DNA of 63,102 nt, filler included, from Chiloscyllium plagiosum (taxonomy: Eukaryota), in the NCBI RefSeq assembly GCF_004010195.1. It is 5 parts of one record of this genome, joined end to end, with 100 filler letters (N's around TTAATTAATTAA, not from the genome) between each part and the next. Parts side by side here need not be neighbours in the genome. Positions count along the whole stretch, not along the records: positions 42,912 to 63,102 come from NC_057717.1; 4 more parts are not named here. One strand, written 5' to 3'. Of the stretch, positions 60,970 through 63,102 are shown piece after piece. The notes under the pieces are model-generated. The model had not been told where the DNA came from and ran no database searches. It saw only the letters and a program-made list of their open reading frames with translations. The number at the start of each line of letters is the position of its first letter. Position 1 is the first letter of the stretch. The translations under genes and the position numbers were made by a program.

Positions 60970-62920
60970 TGCTGCTGTTGACCTCCAATACCATTAGGGA
61001 GGGGATTCCAGGATTCTGACCCAGCGAATATGAAGGAGTGGTGATATATTTCCAAGTCAGGATGGCGACTGGTTTGGAGGAGAACCTAAAGATGATGGTG
61101 TTTCCATACCTTGTCCTTCTCGATAGACGTGGTCGTGAGTTGGGAAGGTGGTCTCTGAGGATCTTTGGTGAATTATTTCATTGCAGCATGTAGAAGCATT
61201 ATGGATGAAGGGACAGTCAGACTGGTTGCTTTGTTCTGGATGGTATAAAGCTTCTTGAGTGTTGTTGGGGCTGCACTCATCCAGGCAAATTGGGAGTCGT
61301 CTATCATACTTCTGACTTATGCATTGTAGATGATGAACAGACGTTTGGATGTCAGGATGTGAGTTACTCGCCGCTGTCTTCCTAGCTTCGGACCTGCTCT
61401 TGTAGTTACTGTGTTCATGTGGCGAGACCAGTGAGTTTCTGAGCAATGATTACCCACCAGGAATTTGATACTGGGGGATTCACTGATAGTAACACCATTG
61501 AATGCCAAGGGGCAGGTTAGATTGTATTTTATTGGTGATGGTCACGGTCTGGCATTTGTATGGCCTGAATATTACTTTCCAATTGCCAGCCTGGATACTG
61601 TCCAGATCTTGTAGCAATTGAACATGGACTGCTTCAGTGTCTGAGGAGCCACAATTTTTGCAAAACATTGTATAATCATTGGCGAACATCCGCACTTCTA
61701 ACCTTAAAATGGAGGGAAGGTCATTGATGAAGCAGCCCTGAAGAAGTTTTCAGCCATTGCTCGAGGGACTCCTGCAGACTTGAAGCTGAGTTGACTGACC
61801 TTCATCAACCATGACCACTTTCCGACGTGTCAGGTGTGAATGTAACCAGCAGGGAGTTTCCCTCTGATACCCATTGATTCCAATGTTGCTAAGGCCCCTT
61901 GATACCACACTTGGTCGAAGGCAGCCTTGATTTAAAGGGCTATCACTCTCTGGAATTCAGCTCTTTTGTCCATGTTTGAACCACGGTAATGAGGTCAGGA
62001 GCTGAGTGGCCCTCGTGGAGCCCAACCTGGGCGTCATTGACCAGGGTATTGCTGAGAAAGAGTTGCTTAAAAGCACTGAGATCTTCCACCACTTTACTGA
62101 TGATCTCGAGTAGACTGATGCGGTGGTGATTGGCCAGATTGGATTTGTTCTACTTTTTATATACAGGAGATGCTTGGGGTAATTTTCCATATCATCGGGG
62201 AAAGCCATTGTTGTAACTGTGTTGAAACAGTTTGGCTAAGGGAGTGGCAAGTTATGGAGCACACGTTTTCAGTACTATTGCCAGAATGTTGTCAGAGTAT
62301 GGACCCTTTGGAGTATCCATTATCTCCAACCATTTCAGGATATCGCGTGGACTGAATCAAATTGGTTGATGACTGGTAACTGAATTACTGACGACCACTG
62401 GAGGAGGCTGAAATGGATCATCCACTCAGCACTTCTGACTGAAGATTGTTGCGAATGGACGAGCCTTATTTTATACACCTAAATGCTGGGCTCTTCCATC
62501 ATGGAGGAAGGGGTTATTTGTGGAATATCTTCCTCCAGTGAGTTTTTTAATTGTCTCCAACGTTTCTAGACTAGTTGTGGAAGGACTGCAGAGCTTAGAT
62601 ATGATCCTTTGCTTGTGTGATGACTTAGCTCTGTCTATCTCTTATTGCTTATGCTGTTTGGTGCACAAGTTGTCCTGTTTAGTGGCATCACCAGGCTGAC
62701 ACCTCATTTTCAGGTATGCCTGGTGCTGCTCCTGCCATCCTGCACACTCCATTGAACCAATGATGAACCTCTGTATTGATTGTAATTGTTGTGAGGGGGA
62801 TATACCAGGCCATGAGATTGTGTGGTGTAATATTCTGTTCCTATAGATGGACCACATCACCTTATGGGCACCCAGACTTGAGCTGCTAGATCTGTTCGAA
62901 GTCTGTCCTATTAAGCACCG
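60870..62920 (-). mobile_element. Decayed non-LTR retrotransposon (CR1-clade) RT region
   Basis: Minus-strand MRMFANDYTMF (cf. FADD), AAFDQVWYQG and LQDLDSIQA motifs. Confidence 0.7.
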
Positions 62921-62922
62921 TG

Positions 62923-63102
62923 ATAGACAATAGACAATAGGCGCAGGAGTAGGCCATTCAACCCTTCGAGCCTGCACCGCCATTCAATATAATCATGGCT
63001 GATCATTCCTAATAAGTATCCTGTTCCTGCCTTATCTCCATAACTCTTGATTCCACTATCTTTGAGAGCTCTATCCAACTACTTCTTAAATGAATCCAGA
63101 GA
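62923..63102 (-). mobile_element. CR1 LINE 3' end with (CTATTGT)n tail, running off the window
   Basis: TAGACAATAGACAATAGGCGCAGGAGTAGGCCATTC... Confidence 0.75.

Overview
This is eukaryotic, repeat-dense genomic DNA from a draft assembly with 8 N-gaps, most likely a cartilaginous fish (shark). The inference rests on HE1-type tRNA/V-SINEs with (AATCT)n tails, CR1/HER1-like LINE fragments and a chondrichthyan-type GPR139-like GPCR. The only convincing host gene is the last coding exon of a GPR139-like class A GPCR (21021-21699, + strand). It is interrupted by a gap, and its first exon was not found. The window is a mosaic of four segmental duplications: one inverted (~966-3351 / 47676-50052) and three direct (3811-7846 / 8347-12302; 13981-20070 / 42912-47045; 31844-38909 / 54184-60969). 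Mobile-element content includes CR1 LINE remnants (RT, and an ORF1 SGNH esterase), SINEs, solo LTRs, a decayed Gypsy element with Gmr1-type order (gag-PR-IN-RT-RH), and remnants of a spliced PIF/Harbinger Myb/SANT gene. There are also many Penelope-like pseudo-LTRs carrying minimal type I hammerhead ribozyme motifs, including a 132-bp stand-alone hammerhead-headed element with a 9-bp TSD. Three distinct tandem arrays (65, 40 and 35 bp units) flank the GPCR exon. No CRISPR array or prokaryotic system is present. Family assignments come from motif recognition by eye; no database search was run.
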